A stretch of DNA of 64,000 nt from Octopus bimaculoides (taxonomy: Eukaryota). The stretch is taken from contig NC_068981.1 in the NCBI RefSeq assembly GCF_001194135.2, positions 188,664,105 to 188,728,104 of the forward strand. The letters run 5' to 3'. This document shows, in pieces, positions 24,982 to 38,339 of the stretch. A program made the translations under genes and the position numbers. The notes under the pieces were generated by a model, which was given only the letters and a program-made list of their open reading frames with translations, did no database searches and was not told where the DNA came from. Each line of letters starts with the position of its first letter. Positions within the stretch are counted from its first letter, which is position 1.

Positions 24982-26361
24982 TTAAATCTGAAATGTGAAT
25001 ATATTTCTAAGTATATGAGTATATAACCTTAAAGCAAATATTATTACTTGAAAAAGAGAAAAAGAGATGAGAAAACAGCACTTCACGACAAACAAAACCA
25101 AAAAATTACAGACAAAACAAATTAATTTAGCTGACTAAATCCTAAACCAAATTTAACAAACAAGAAGAAAATGAGTTTCTGTGATGATTACTATACACAA
25201 TATACATATTTAAACAATATACAACATGTGTGAAAATAAGGAACAAAGAAGCAACATGATGCAAACATGACAAAAACAAACAAACCTAAAATAATACAAA
25301 CAATGTTTAGAAACCAATCAACCGTATCCATTTATAAAGTAGACAATGACAATATCACTGTCTGATGGGCAATGATGTAGGATGAATTTTAGCAGCATTC
25401 TTCAAAACTAGTGCAAAATATGCTTCTTAAGTAGTCTCTCACTGAAGATTAATCCCCAATATAAATGACATGTAACAGAATTGTAAGGAAGCATTAGAGA
25501 ACATTGAAATGTTGTACTCCTATTAATATGTCCACTGTATATCCATCACTTCGTCATTCATTCTCTCACACATGTACACAATAAAATAGATGGGATTTAT
25601 GGAGAAGTAAAGTAATAAAAGATACATTGTAACCGACTAACGATTGTAAAGTAGTTCATAATAAATAAATTTTTCCCCAATTCACACAGCAAATACTCCA
25701 CATGTATTCTGTACAAGTCAGCATTGAGCATTATCACAAAACCTGCACATCACCCCCACCACACACAGCTCACATGCAGCATTTTCTGCACGACAAATAA
25801 GTGAAATAATAGGCATGGCTGTATGGCAAGAAGTTTCCTTGCCAACCACATAATTCCAGGTTCACTCCCATTGCATTGCACCTTGGGTAAGTGCCTTCTG
25901 CTATAGCTTCAGGCTGACCAAAGCCTTCAGGCCTGAAATTTTGGAGACAAGTCAACTAGATCAACAGCAGTACACAGCTGGTACTTATTTTATTGACCTC
26001 AAAAGATGAAAGGCGAAAGGACCTAATGATGGATGAAATATGGTTGAGCATTTTACTCAGTATGCTAACAATGTTGCCAATAATAACTTGAAAATGAAAT
26101 GAAATATAATGAAATTTAAAATAATGTAATATACATAACACAGTAATCTGGCAAAACTCTTAGCATTCTGGGAAAAATGTTCAGCAGCATTTTGTCAGGT
26201 TTTTATGTTCTGAGTTTAAATTCCGCCAAGGTTGACTTAGCATTTCATCCTTTTGGGGTCAATAAACTAAGTATCACTTGAACTCTGGGTTTGATTTCAT
26301 TGACTTATCTTCTTTCCCAAACTTGCTACACTTGTGCCAAAGTTTGAAATCAACAACAAAA

Positions 26362-26418
<57 letters not shown>

Positions 26419-26650
26419 GTCCTTTCTACTATAGACACAAGGTCTGAAATTTTAGGGGAGGGGACTAGTTGATTACATCGACCCCAGTGTTTCACTGGTA
26501 CTTAATTCGTTGATCCCAAAAAGATGAAAGGCAGAATTTGAACTCAACGTAAAGACGAACAAAATTTCGCTAAGCATTTCACCTGGTGTGCTAATGATTC
26601 TTCCAGCTCACCACCTTAATAATAACGATAATAATAATAATAATAATGCT

Positions 26651-27208
26651 AAATGCCCTGATGCAGTACTAGGCAGTGGCTCGCATGGCTTCTGATCTTA
26701 ATTGATTGGAAGTGTTATCATGTACATTGTTTTATCTTGGTATAAAAGATGGGCTCCAGTAAATATTCTGCTCAATACCACAGATTTGCTTGTCAGTTGT
26801 TTGACCTTAACCAGTTGAGCATGTCCCTTAGTGGCTGACGATATGTGCATCTCTGATCATGAGCAGAAGTAGTGGGGGAACAACATAGCCATGTGTTGAA
26901 AAGAATTCTTTGGGGTTTAGATAATTCACCTTTGGAAACATGGATGTTTTGCTCAACATCCTTAAACAAACCTTATTCAGGGACCTTTTTAGTGGGATGG
27001 GGTACTCAACTTGAAGAAAATTCTAAAAGGGCCCACCTGCAAGGTCATGCACTATTTATCTTGATATGAGATCACCATGTCATGCACATATGGTTGTGAT
27101 GCATGTGCCTGATGTACCCTTATCAGACGGGTAGTCATGATGGGTATACTGGGCTTCATATATTTTACCCCAGCGTCACTTTAATGGCATGCACCTCTCT
27201 CTCACTCA
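26651..27208. mobile_element. Family D element, full length, inverted relative to the other two copies
   Basis: (AAT)n on both sides; reverse complement aligns end to end with 15709-16260. Confidence 0.85.
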
Positions 27209-27246
27209 ATAATAATAATAATGATAACGATAATAATGATGCAAAA

Positions 27247-27413
27247 AAATCAGAAATGAAAGATTTGATTCTCAATGCTTAAGACAGATGCCTAGCCATT
27301 AACAACTATCAAAATGATGTAGAGAAAGAAAACACTAACATCAGTTGTGGACTATGCAGTCAGTGGTATGACATGGCTGACCACATCATCTCTACATGTC
27401 CAGCCATCCTACC
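27247..27413 (+). pseudogene. R4/Dong-type fragment with CCHC zinc finger
   Basis: KSEMKDLILNA*DRCLAINNYQNDVEKENTNISCGLCSQWYDMADHIISTCPAI matches the LI.AQDQ.L..NY..C..C......HI...CP pattern. Confidence 0.8.
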
Positions 27414-29555
27414 ATGACTGAATAGATGTGTAAAGATACAACTGATTCAGTAGCTTTTCCACTGAGCATATTTTGTGGCTGCGTGATAAGAAGCTTGCTC
27501 CACAACCACATGGTTCCGGGATCAGTCCTACTGAATGGCACCTTGGGCAAGTGTCTTCTACTAAAGCCCTGGCCTGTATAATACATTGTGCGAAGATTTG
27601 ATTGACGGAAACTGGAAGAAGCCCTTGTAACTTAGTGATTTGGCAAGAGACTGATAGAGTAAGTACCAGGCTGAAAAAAAAATTAGTATGGACTGATTCA
27701 TTCAACTAAAAATTGCTCAATCCAGCACCCCAGATGGCCATAGTCTAGTTTGCATGTACATGTATTTATGTAGGGGCAGTTATGCTTGTGCAGACACAGA
27801 GTTCAATCTCAGTCTGGAGCACCTTGTGAAAGATAATCTCACTACTACCACTGCCATAACTGTCTGAGTTTATTTGTATATTGTAACCATAGCAACAATA
27901 AAGTTGTCTGTCTTTTCTTTTTTAGTTTCTTTCATTTTTTTTTTTTGGCTTTTCTTCATTTCATTTGTATGAAGCAATTATCGTTTTTCTATTCAAAATA
28001 TTATTTTCAACTCCTTCTACTGAAGGAATCACATCAAAAAATAAATAAATAAAGAGCATCAGACAAATTAGAAATGTCTTGTCTCCCAATTCTCTTTTGT
28101 TTTTCTTCAGTTCTTCAACCATTCTACATCACAAACACCCACATACACACGTACCAGCTTCATCAGTATCTGGGACCATAGAATCAGTGTTCTCAATTGC
28201 TAGATGAAATCCACTTTACTTCTTTCTGTAACTGCATACACACATACTGACACACACACACACACACACACCTGACATTTTGAAGTTTAAAAATAAAATC
28301 ACTAAATAATGGAGATAAACACCTCATACATCTCGAATTTGTAGCTTTGTTTAATTTCTCCGAGCTTGAATCTTAACCATTTGTGTTTTGTTAAATTTTG
28401 GTTATATTTAGTTTTGTGTGTCTACGAGTGTGTGTTTATGTGTGTGTGTGTGTGTGTGAAATAATTGCTTGAAAGATACTCAAAGGTAACTGCCCAGAGA
28501 TAAACAAAGTAGAAGAAATTGCATGAATCTTGATTCTTACTGATTCTCTGGATGTCGTTGGCAATCCAGTACAGTTTCACTTACCATCGAAGACAATTGT
28601 TAATATCATTATGAAGGCAGCGAGCTGGCAGAATCATTAGCATGCCGGGTGAAATGCTTAGCAGTATTTCATCTGATTTACATTCTGAGTTCAAATTCCA
28701 CTAAGGCCAACTTTGCTTTTTTTCCTTTCAGGGCTGATAAATTAAGTACCAGTTGCATACTGAGGTTGATCTAATTGACTGACCCCCTCCCCCAAAATTT
28801 CAGGCCTTGTGCCTAGAGTAGAAAGGATTATTTTACTGCGTATCTTATGATGTGATTTTGCTGGAGTCGGGTAGAAATGATGTTGCAGAATAGTCTTATA
28901 GTATTAAGCTCATATGATATATCTATATTTTGTAAGTTGCTTCAGGGGACTGTATAAACTGGAGTCAGCAACCTTTGTGCTTTTGTAGGTCTTTTAGTTT
29001 TAATATTCTTTTGTGTTGATAGATGAAAATGTATAATATATTCATAGATATAGGTGCTGATGTGGCTGTGTGGTTAAGAAGCTTGCTTCTTAACCAATTA
29101 GTTCTGAGTTCAGTCTCACTGCATGGCACCTTGGGCAAATGCCTTCTACTATAGCCCCAGGCTGACTAAAGCCTTGTGATTGGATTTGGTAGATGGTAAC
29201 CAAAAGAAGGCCATCACGTGTGTGTGTGTGTATATATATATATTTATATATATATATATATATATNNNNNNNNNNNNNNNNNNNNNNNNNNNNNNNNNNN
29301 NNNNNNNNNNNNNNNNNNNNNNNNNNNNNNNNNNNNNNNNNNNNNNNNNNNNNNNNNNNNNNNNNNNNNNNNNNNNNNNNNNNNNNNNNNNNNNNNNNNN
29401 NNNNNNNNNNNNNNNNNNNNNNNNNNNNNNNNNNNNNNNNNNNNNNNNNNNNNNNNNNNNNNNNNNNNNNNNNNNNNNNNNNNNNNNNNNNNNNNNNNNN
29501 NNNNNNNNNNNNNNNNNNNNNNNNNNNNNNNNNNNNNNNNNNNNNNNNNNNNNNN

Positions 29556-29592
<37 letters not shown>

Positions 29593-30979
29593 TAGATAGA
29601 TAGATAGATAGATAATGTGTGTGTGTGTGTGTGTGTGTAGCTTTGTCTTAATCATATGGGTGTAAACAAGCATCAATGTCAGCTAAGGTGATGCCATTCA
29701 TTTCCACTATGTAGGGAAATATTACCTTACTTGAAAGCAAGTAAGGGTTGGTGACAGGAGGGGCATCTGGCCCTAAAATAATCTGCCTCAATAAATAATG
29801 TTTGACCCATGCAAGCATGGATAAGTGGACATTAAATTTATGATGACAAATTTCTTTGAGGCTTAAGCAGAGCTGACATTGTTTATGTTGAATATTATGT
29901 TGTCATAATCATTTTAGCATCTACTTTTCTTGCTTATATGGGTCAGATGAAATTTAATGAGGCAGATCTTCTATGGCTGGATGTTTTTCCTGTCACCAAC
30001 CCTCATCTCTCTCCAAGCAAGATAATTCCTTTGTTTGGACATGTTTTCTCAGAAGGTTGCAAACAAACAACACTGCTTGCATGACAATATCAAGAACAAG
30101 TAAATACACACACAACTATATATTCTTGTCAGTCTCTATCTACAAACTTGACTCACAAGACTTTGGTCAGTCCAAATCTATAGTAGAAGACTGTTGCGTA
30201 AGGTGCCACACTGTGGAACTGAATCCAAAACCACATAAACCTGTATTCTATACACTGTCTACTGTTTCCTTCCTATAAAAATGTGCATTGATCATTTCAG
30301 CTTCTGTGTTTTATATGTATCAAGTGCACTTTTGTTATTTACACCACCTGTCCTCGTCTGTTGTTATTATTTGTATATTCTCCCACATATACTACACGCT
30401 CACGTGGTCGCACCAGCTAATCCTGTCTCCTCTCATCACACACTACCAACTTTTGGATTCTACCTTCTTTCCTTCTGGATCTGGACTGTTTGATTCTGAA
30501 CTTTATACCCTCCGGCTGCACCTCTCCTACCCACGGATTACACTGGACCCATCTTCTGATTGGAAATCGCTTCAATATACCACGACGTCTAAAAAACTTT
30601 TGAACTTTTCCACTTTTGTAAACCTCCTTTATCATCCTTTTTTGAACACTATTCAATTTTTTTTTCTCCGTGTTTTTCTCNNNNNNNNNNNNNNNNNNNN
30701 NNNNNNNNNNNNNNNNNNNNNNNNNNNNNNNNNNNNNNNNNNNNNNNNNNNNNNNNNNNNNNNNNNNNNNNNNNNNNNNNNNNNNNNNNNNNNNNNNNNN
30801 NNNNNNNNNNNNNNNNNNNNNNNNNNNNNNNNNNNNNNNNNNNNNNNNNNNNNNNNNNNNNNNNNNNNNNNNNNNNNNNNNNNNNNNNNNNNNNNNNNNN
30901 NNNNNNNNNNNNNNNNNNNNNNNNNNNNNNNNNNNNNNNNNNNNNNNNNNNNNNNNNNNNNNNNNNNNNNNNNNNNNNN

Positions 30980-31016
<37 letters not shown>

Positions 31017-32254
31017 ATAATTCATATATAAAATAATTACTAATATTTCATCTTCTCAAGGTCAAAAGACCACTCATGTGTGAGATAGGAGACTACAGTC
31101 AATAATGTCTTTCAGAGTTCTGACTATTGATTGATGTTGAATGAAAGAGATTTAAGATATGACTGGAGGTGAATATTTATGGTGTTTAACATGGCCTTAG
31201 AATTTCTGTCTTCTTTTCTTCTAAATTTTATATCATTTAGTAAAAATGTATAATGTCACCAGAGCTACAAGAAAATCAGGAAATATTTTAGAAATGATCC
31301 TCATCTGAAGATCATTGAATGAGATGATATTATGCTGTCATATTTGTTTAGCAGAATAGTAATTTGCCATTTGTTCATGGAATGGTTTTCATGTTTCTTT
31401 AATATTGAAACTGTGTTATTATTAGCTAATATCTTCACTATCTAGATGTATAAAGCATTAATAAAAGTCTGAAAATTCTAACTTTGCCAAAGTAATTTTT
31501 TTCCTATTCCTTCAAATTTATATTCTTTGCCATAGAATGAACTTTGCACTAAAAAGGTTCTTTCTTAAGAAAATAAAGATTTCAGAGCTGTGTGTACTCC
31601 ACAAACAGGTTATTAGCTGATAATTATTAATGCTTGAAATATTGAAATCTTAGCGATATAGTCAATTTACTATCCCAAATGCCATTCTGGCTTTTCTAAT
31701 GTGGTTCTAATCCCACTGTTATCTTTCTTTCTTTCTTTTTTTTATTTTCCATAACTGAACCATTAATATTAAATCTCTTATTCCTTTATCTTTTGTTTTT
31801 TTTACTTTTTCATTTTACATCTTTCACACAAAGCAAACTTGTTAATCAGCTTAGCTAAAAACATTAATCTCTGAAAAAATTCTAACATCTTTCACTTTTA
31901 CTTATATTTTCTGTTGCTAAACTTACAACATAGTTCAATTTTTTTCTGATTATTTTATTTCCATAATCTATAAAATAGAACATCTAGTTGGTCACGAAGA
32001 CAATATGTGTTTTTGTGTGTAACCTTTGTGTGTGTGTGTGTGTATCAATGTATGTTCTTAATTCGACCTACTTGCGGTTGACTTTATATTGATGTGCTTG
32101 TGAAGTGAAAGGAAAAGCAGTAAAATCTTTGATTTGCTTCTAAAGTGTATTAAACAGAGTTAAAGAAACGGTCTAAGATCTTTCAAGTGCTTCAAGCCAT
32201 CTGGTTATTTTTGAATAACTTTTGGAGCTTTCACTAAGAATTCAACCAAGGAAA

Positions 32255-32560
32255 GAATTCCAACCACATTTCATGGTTTGCTACCTCAACTGCTCCTTTA
32301 TAGGATCCAGTGGCTAAAGGCAACATCAGAAGGAACCATGTCTGGTTTCAGCCTCTACTCCTTCACTGTTTTCGATGGGGTGGGGCTCTGCCTTTCGGAG
32401 ATGTCTTCAGCTCTGGTATTGAGTGCGTTTCTTCTTTCTCCTTTTCTCTTTTGTTCTTTGGTTTCTTTGGTGCAGTGTCAACAAATGTCAGCAGGCAAAT
32501 GACCATCCTTCCAAATTTCCCTTTAAATACCCCCCAGTAGGCTCCAGCAACCAGCACCAG
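32255..32560. repeat. Unclassified GC-rich interspersed repeat (family G), copy 1
   Basis: 32255-32438 aligns at roughly 75% with 51770-51954 in the same orientation. Confidence 0.7.
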
Positions 32561-32688
32561 CTACCTGTCATGTGACACTGTCGAAGCTTCAACAGTTAAT
32601 CTGAAGATTGAAAATTGATGAAAATCTGAAATAAACGTATTTGAAAAGTTGAAATTAGCAATAACCATATTGATAACTTTATTCCCAG

Positions 32689-32777
32689 TGCTTTTGAAGA
32701 CTTTACTGTTGTGGGCTGTATGAGTGATGTTAATGTGGCACCACTAAGCATCTTGGTTCAATGTTCCGGTTGCCAAA
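32689..32777 (+). CDS. Candidate coding exon (AFEDFTVVGCMSDVNVAPLSILVQCSGCQ)
   Basis: actttattccCAG acceptor, AAA|GTAAAG donor, phase 2-1. Joined to 19389-19450 it gives CKYC-x24-CSGC. Confidence 0.3.
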
Positions 32778-33016
32778 GTAAAGTCAGCGGACATTGGAAT
32801 AGTTTGTTGACATTTGATATAGATTATTATTGTAGGAGTGGCTCATAGGCACAGGAGTGGATGTGTGGTAAGTAGCTTGCTTACCAAACACATGGTTCCA
32901 GATTCAGTCCCACTGTGTAACACCTTGGGCAAGTATCTTTTATTATAACCTAGGTTCGACCAAAGCCTTGTGAGTGGACTTGGTAGATGGAAACTGAAAG
33001 AAGTCTGTTGTATGTG

Positions 33017-33073
<57 letters not shown>

Positions 33074-33214
33074 AAGGCTTTAAAAAAATAAGTCCTGTGG
33101 GCAATTTGTTTCACTAAAACCCTTCAAGGTGGTGCTACAGCATGGCCACAGTCAAATGACTGAAACAAGCAATGAAAGAATACTCTTACCAGAAATCTTA
33201 TGAATCTATGTTAA

Positions 33215-33436
33215 CCCTTTTGTCACCATATTTCTGTTGAGATGTTCAATGATTCTTTCAATTGACCTTAAATATAACAAAGAATTTAGTGAAATAACTT
33301 AGTTATCATTCACCTAGTGTTAGGAACATAAATTGTGACTAAGGTTTGATGGAAGATTTTAATTCAAAACTTATGAAAACAAGACATTTGTGCTACAGAG
33401 TCAGAGCCGGTTTCAGCCAAGTTGGTATCGAAAGGG
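33215..33436. mobile_element. piggyBac-type MITE, same family as 17575-17779
   Basis: TTAA TSDs, CCCTTT termini, internal homology in inverted orientation. Confidence 0.9.
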
Positions 33437-34295
33437 TTAATGCTACCAAATATGGCAACATTGACAGGTGATAGACTTGAAAACAAGAAAACTAAGGTTT
33501 TGATGAGTCAGAATGTACTGTAATCAGTTGAAACAACTATTTTGAGATATACTTTATCAAAGTGTCATTTATGTATGGTTATTTCTTATAATGATAAATG
33601 TTCCTTCTTAAACTCTCTCTTGCTACATCTAAATTTCTGTCTTTGAGAATGATTTACCTCACAACACCTGCATTTTAATCAGTTTGGTTTCTGATTGTCA
33701 GTAGGTATCTTATTGCTAAACTAGGAATCCTTATTTTCGAATTGTTTGAATCCACGCTGGTATGATAATTATATATATATATATNNNNNNNNNNNNNNNN
33801 NNNNNNNNNNNNNNNNNNNNNNNNNNNNNNNNNNNNNNNNNNNNNNNNNNNNNNNNNNNNNNNNNNNNNNNNNNNNNNNNNNNNNNNNNNNNNNNNNNNN
33901 NNNNNNNNNNNNNNNNNNNNNNNNNNNNNNNNNNNNNNNNNNNNNNNNNNNNNNNNNNNNNNNNNNNNNNNNNNNNNNNNNNNNNNNNNNNNNNNNNNNN
34001 NNNNNNNNNNNNNNNNNNNNNNNNNNNNNNNNNNNNNNNNNNNNNNNNNNNNNNNNNNNNNNNNNNNNNNNNNNNNNNNNNNNNNNNNNNNNNNNNNNNN
34101 NCATACCAGCGTGGATTCAAACAATTCGAAAATAAGGATTCCTAGTTTAGCAATAAGATACCTACTGACAATCAGAAACTCACGGTGGTGCACCAGCACG
34201 ACCGCAGCCACTTGGCTGAAACACATAAATAAAATATATATATATTGATATATATATATATATATAATATATTGATATATATATATATATATATA

Positions 34296-34440
34296 CAGGG
34301 TGTGGCAGAAATACCTCCCACATTTTAAACTTTCACCTATGTGTTGCTAATGAACTTATGCAAGTGCCAATGATGTTTTCATTTAGCTAATGAACAAAAA
34401 CTGTAACCCTTTGTTTAAACAACAGTAAAATTAATTTTTC
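34296..34440. mobile_element. Tc1/mariner terminal fragment
   Basis: TA-CAGGGTGTGGCAGAAATACC start beside (TA)n; no partner TIR found. Confidence 0.45.
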
Positions 34441-34459
34441 ATAAATGTTGTTTCTTTTT

Positions 34460-34770
34460 CCTTTTGTCAACCTTTCATATGTTCCATGCTGGCATGGGTT
34501 GGGTGGATTGATTGAAAACTGGAAGCTGGAGAGCTGCACCAGGTTTCAGTCTGATTTGGCATGGTTTCTACAGCTGGATGCCCTTCTTAATGCCAACCAC
34601 TTCAAAAGTGTAGTGGGCGCTTTTTACGTGCCACTGACATGAGTGCCAATTACAAAACACCGGATTCAGCCATGACGATGATCTCACTTGACCAGTCTTC
34701 TCAAGCATAGTATATTGCCAAAGGTCTTGGTCACTTGTCACTGTCTCCATGAGGCCCAAAGTTCAAAGGG
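34460..34770 (-). mobile_element. 5'-truncated RTE LINE retaining the last codons of ORF2
   Basis: LGLMETVTSDQDLWQYTMLEKTGQV followed by the family C 3' UTR. Confidence 0.75.
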
Positions 34771-35297
34771 TGCTTTTTTTTACATGCCACCAGTACAGGC
34801 GCCAGGTATGTGACACTGGCATGGGCCATGACTAAATTACTTATAATATCTTTATTCTCATGCACAAACATACATACATACAAACAAAAGATATTTATAA
34901 ACAAACACATATACATATGCTAAACGTTAATAGTAGTATATATACAGATATATAAATAATATATATTTTTAACAGATATCCTCTTCAAATTACACTACAC
35001 ACATACATACATAAATAAATCAATCTGATTCGATAAGATTTAATAATAATAATAAAGACATAGGCAGTAATATACATTGATTGCGTAAGCCAATAGAAAT
35101 TTACATAGATAGTAGCTTTATTTTTTATTTTAGTTTAAATTATATATTTATTATCATTTGGTTTTTATCTTTCATTTTTTACCCTTATACTATATTTTTA
35201 TTTTTTAATAACATAAAAAAAAAAATTATTAGCATACACATACACACAATGAATTTCTTAATTTTCTTAGTCTATTGATAAATCTAATCATCAACAC

Positions 35298-35331
<34 letters not shown>

Positions 35332-35716
35332 GTTTAATGTCCATTTCCCATGCTGGCACGGGTTGGACAGGATCTATCAACATATAACTATCTCTATTGT
35401 ACTTTAACCCTGATGAGATTCTACCCAATATTATTCAAAATGTTATTTTATTCTAATCTTTGGATTTATTCCAATCTTTGAATTTGAAATTTTATGTTGG
35501 ACTGAATTGAAACGTATATAGGCATGATTTTTGGCAGTATGTTAAAAAATTAATTCTCTACTCTTACCAACTCTTCATTCTTCTTCTTTAATCATATCTA
35601 TACTTATAGTAATCCCATATATATATCCGAAGAGATATTCATCAACAGTGTTGGTGATTAAACCAGTGAAATTTTGGCTATAATAATCCTTTATGAGGAT
35701 AAGATATCCTCGCATT

Positions 35717-35750
<34 letters not shown>

Positions 35751-35814
35751 ATTTACTTTTTGTAATGAGATAAAAAAACTAAGGCTGTGTATATTTTAGA
35801 ACATTCATAAATAG

Positions 35815-35862
35815 GTCTTACAGCTGTTTCCAGGATATTTATTATATCCCTTCATCGGAGAT
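35815..35862 (-). ncRNA. Penelope-type minimal hammerhead motif with a U4C change, in a ~210-bp segment between (TA)n tracts
   Basis: UCU-CCGAUGA-A-GGGAUA(loop)UAUCCU-G-GAAAC-AGCU-GUA^AGA: stems I and II, palindromic ACAGCUGU stem III, GUA triplet. Confidence 0.65.
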
Positions 35863-35959
35863 GGTGTGAGAGGATGGTTAGGCTATGGTCTATTCCTAGC
35901 ACTTACTCAGCATTGCCTGAAACCTCTGGGTCTAACAACTGCTCATAACCTCTCTCCCT

Positions 35960-35996
<37 letters not shown>

Positions 35997-37916
35997 GGAA
36001 TAAGATACTTGAAAACAAGCAGTGATCAAACTGTTGAAAAGACAGCATAAATCTCAGTGTTGACATATTTTCCAAAGATTTAGTTAATAGCATGAAAAAT
36101 TACCATCTTGTAAGCAATAACTCATCTCATTTGGAAATCTAATCAATCTTTAAATAGGTTCTCCTTTTTAGAAAAGGTATATACTTGCTACTGATTAGCT
36201 TACAATAGATTAATGTCATGAGTATATGTACAGTCTTTAACAACTAATCTTCTTTCACTCCATTTACACTCTACATTTTGGATTATGCTTAACTTCCGTA
36301 TTCCCATTTACTGATAATTTCTGCCTCTTAGAATTATAAAACACGAATCATACAGTCTATCCTTTATGCAAAGTTAAGAACACTTAGTCATTGTTCTGAT
36401 GTAGTGTACATTACCATAACACTTTTGAATCTTATAACTAGGAAATGTCAAATTTCTCTGGTATCATTTTTCCCAACATATTTACCTAAGTCATGAGGAA
36501 ATGTAATTCTGAATTTTACACAGAAGATTTCAACTACAAGGAACTTAATTGGATACCCATGAAGCATTTGTGCAACTCTACCCAATCCTTTGAGTGTTTA
36601 TGAAGCTAATTGCAAAGCAAATGAGATACTTTATCTAATGATATATAGTTTGACAAGATGCAGTCTGCATTGTTATTTATTCATTAAACTGCACTATTGT
36701 TTATATTACTTTTTTTATATCCATTACCAGATGATTCTAATGTGAGTGAGAAGATTTTCATGAATCTTAAAAGGTTGTACATTGTTGGAAGCATTTTCTT
36801 TTGAAGCATTAAACACCTAGCCACAAAGTAACAGTAGAATCTACAGTGAGTTCAGTTATGGGTTTTTTCCTTAAGCAAGACGGACACTATCTTTACACAT
36901 GTGCAAGTGTGCACGCGCACACACACACTCGTCATCATCATCATTACCATTGTGGTGGACTCACATGCACTCACACACCCTTGCCTCGGTATCATTCGAG
37001 GTAACAAGAGAGCCAACTTAGATATCATATTCAAAACTATACTACCATTTCCATAAACCCAAACCCAATGAGAACCTTCCCCACTTCATCCCTAGGCATT
37101 TATTCTTCCAAGGTACATTAAGAATATATTAAATATATATATATATATATATATATATGATAGATTTCTTTCACTTTCCATCTACCAAATCTGCTCACAA
37201 GGCTTTGGTTAGTTTGGGGCTGTAGCAGAAGATGCTCTTCCAATGTGCCTCAGAGTGGGACTGAACCCAAAACAATGTGGTCGAGAAACAAACTTCTTGA
37301 ACCACATATATGTATCCGTTTTTCTATGCTTGCATACATCAGATACATATAAGTGTGTGTGTATAAATATTTATCTATTCTTTTATTCTTTTACTTGTTT
37401 CAGTCATTTGACTGTGGCCATGCTGGAGCACCGCCTTTAGTCAAACAAATCGACCCCACGGCTAATTCTTTGTAAGCCTAGTACTTATTCTATCCAGTCT
37501 CTTTTGTTGAATCACTAAGTTACGGGGATGTAAATGCACCAACATCGGTTGTCAAGCAATGGTGGTGGAGACAAACACAGATAAACATAAATATCATCAT
37601 CCTCATCGTTTAACGTCTGCTTTCCATGCTAGCATGGGTTGGACGATTTGACTGAGGACTGGCGAACCAGATGGCTGCACCAGGCTCCAACCTGATCCGG
37701 CAGAGTTTCTACAGTTGGATGCTCTTCCTAATGCCAACCACTCTGAGAGTGTAGTGGGTGCTTTTACGTGCCACCGGCATGAGGGCCAGTCTGGTGGTAT
37801 TGGCAACAGCCATGCTCAAATGGTGATTTTTGCATGCCTCCTGCACAGGAGCCAGTCCAGTGGCACTGGCAACGACCTCACTTGAATATTTTTTCATGTA
37901 TACATACATATATATA

Positions 37917-37959
<43 letters not shown>

Positions 37960-38307
37960 NNNNNNNNNNNNNNNNNNNNNNNNNNNNNNNNNNNNNNNNN
38001 NNNNNNNNNNNNNNNNNNNNNNNNNNNNNNNNNNNNNNNNNNNNNNNNNNNNNNNNNNNNNNNNNNNNNNNNNNNNNNNNNNNNNNNNNNNNNNNNNNNN
38101 NNNNNNNNNNNNNNNNNNNNNNNNNNNNNNNNNNNNNNNNNNNNNNNNNNNNNNNNNNNNNNNNNNNNNNNNNNNNNNNNNNNNNNNNNNNNNNNNNNNN
38201 NNNNNNNNNNNNNNNNNNNNNNNNNNNNNNNNNNNNNNNNNNNNNNNNNNNNNNNNNNNNNNNNNNNNNNNNNNNNNNNNNNNNNNNNNNNNNNNNNNNN
38301 NNNNNNN

Positions 38308-38339
<32 letters not shown>

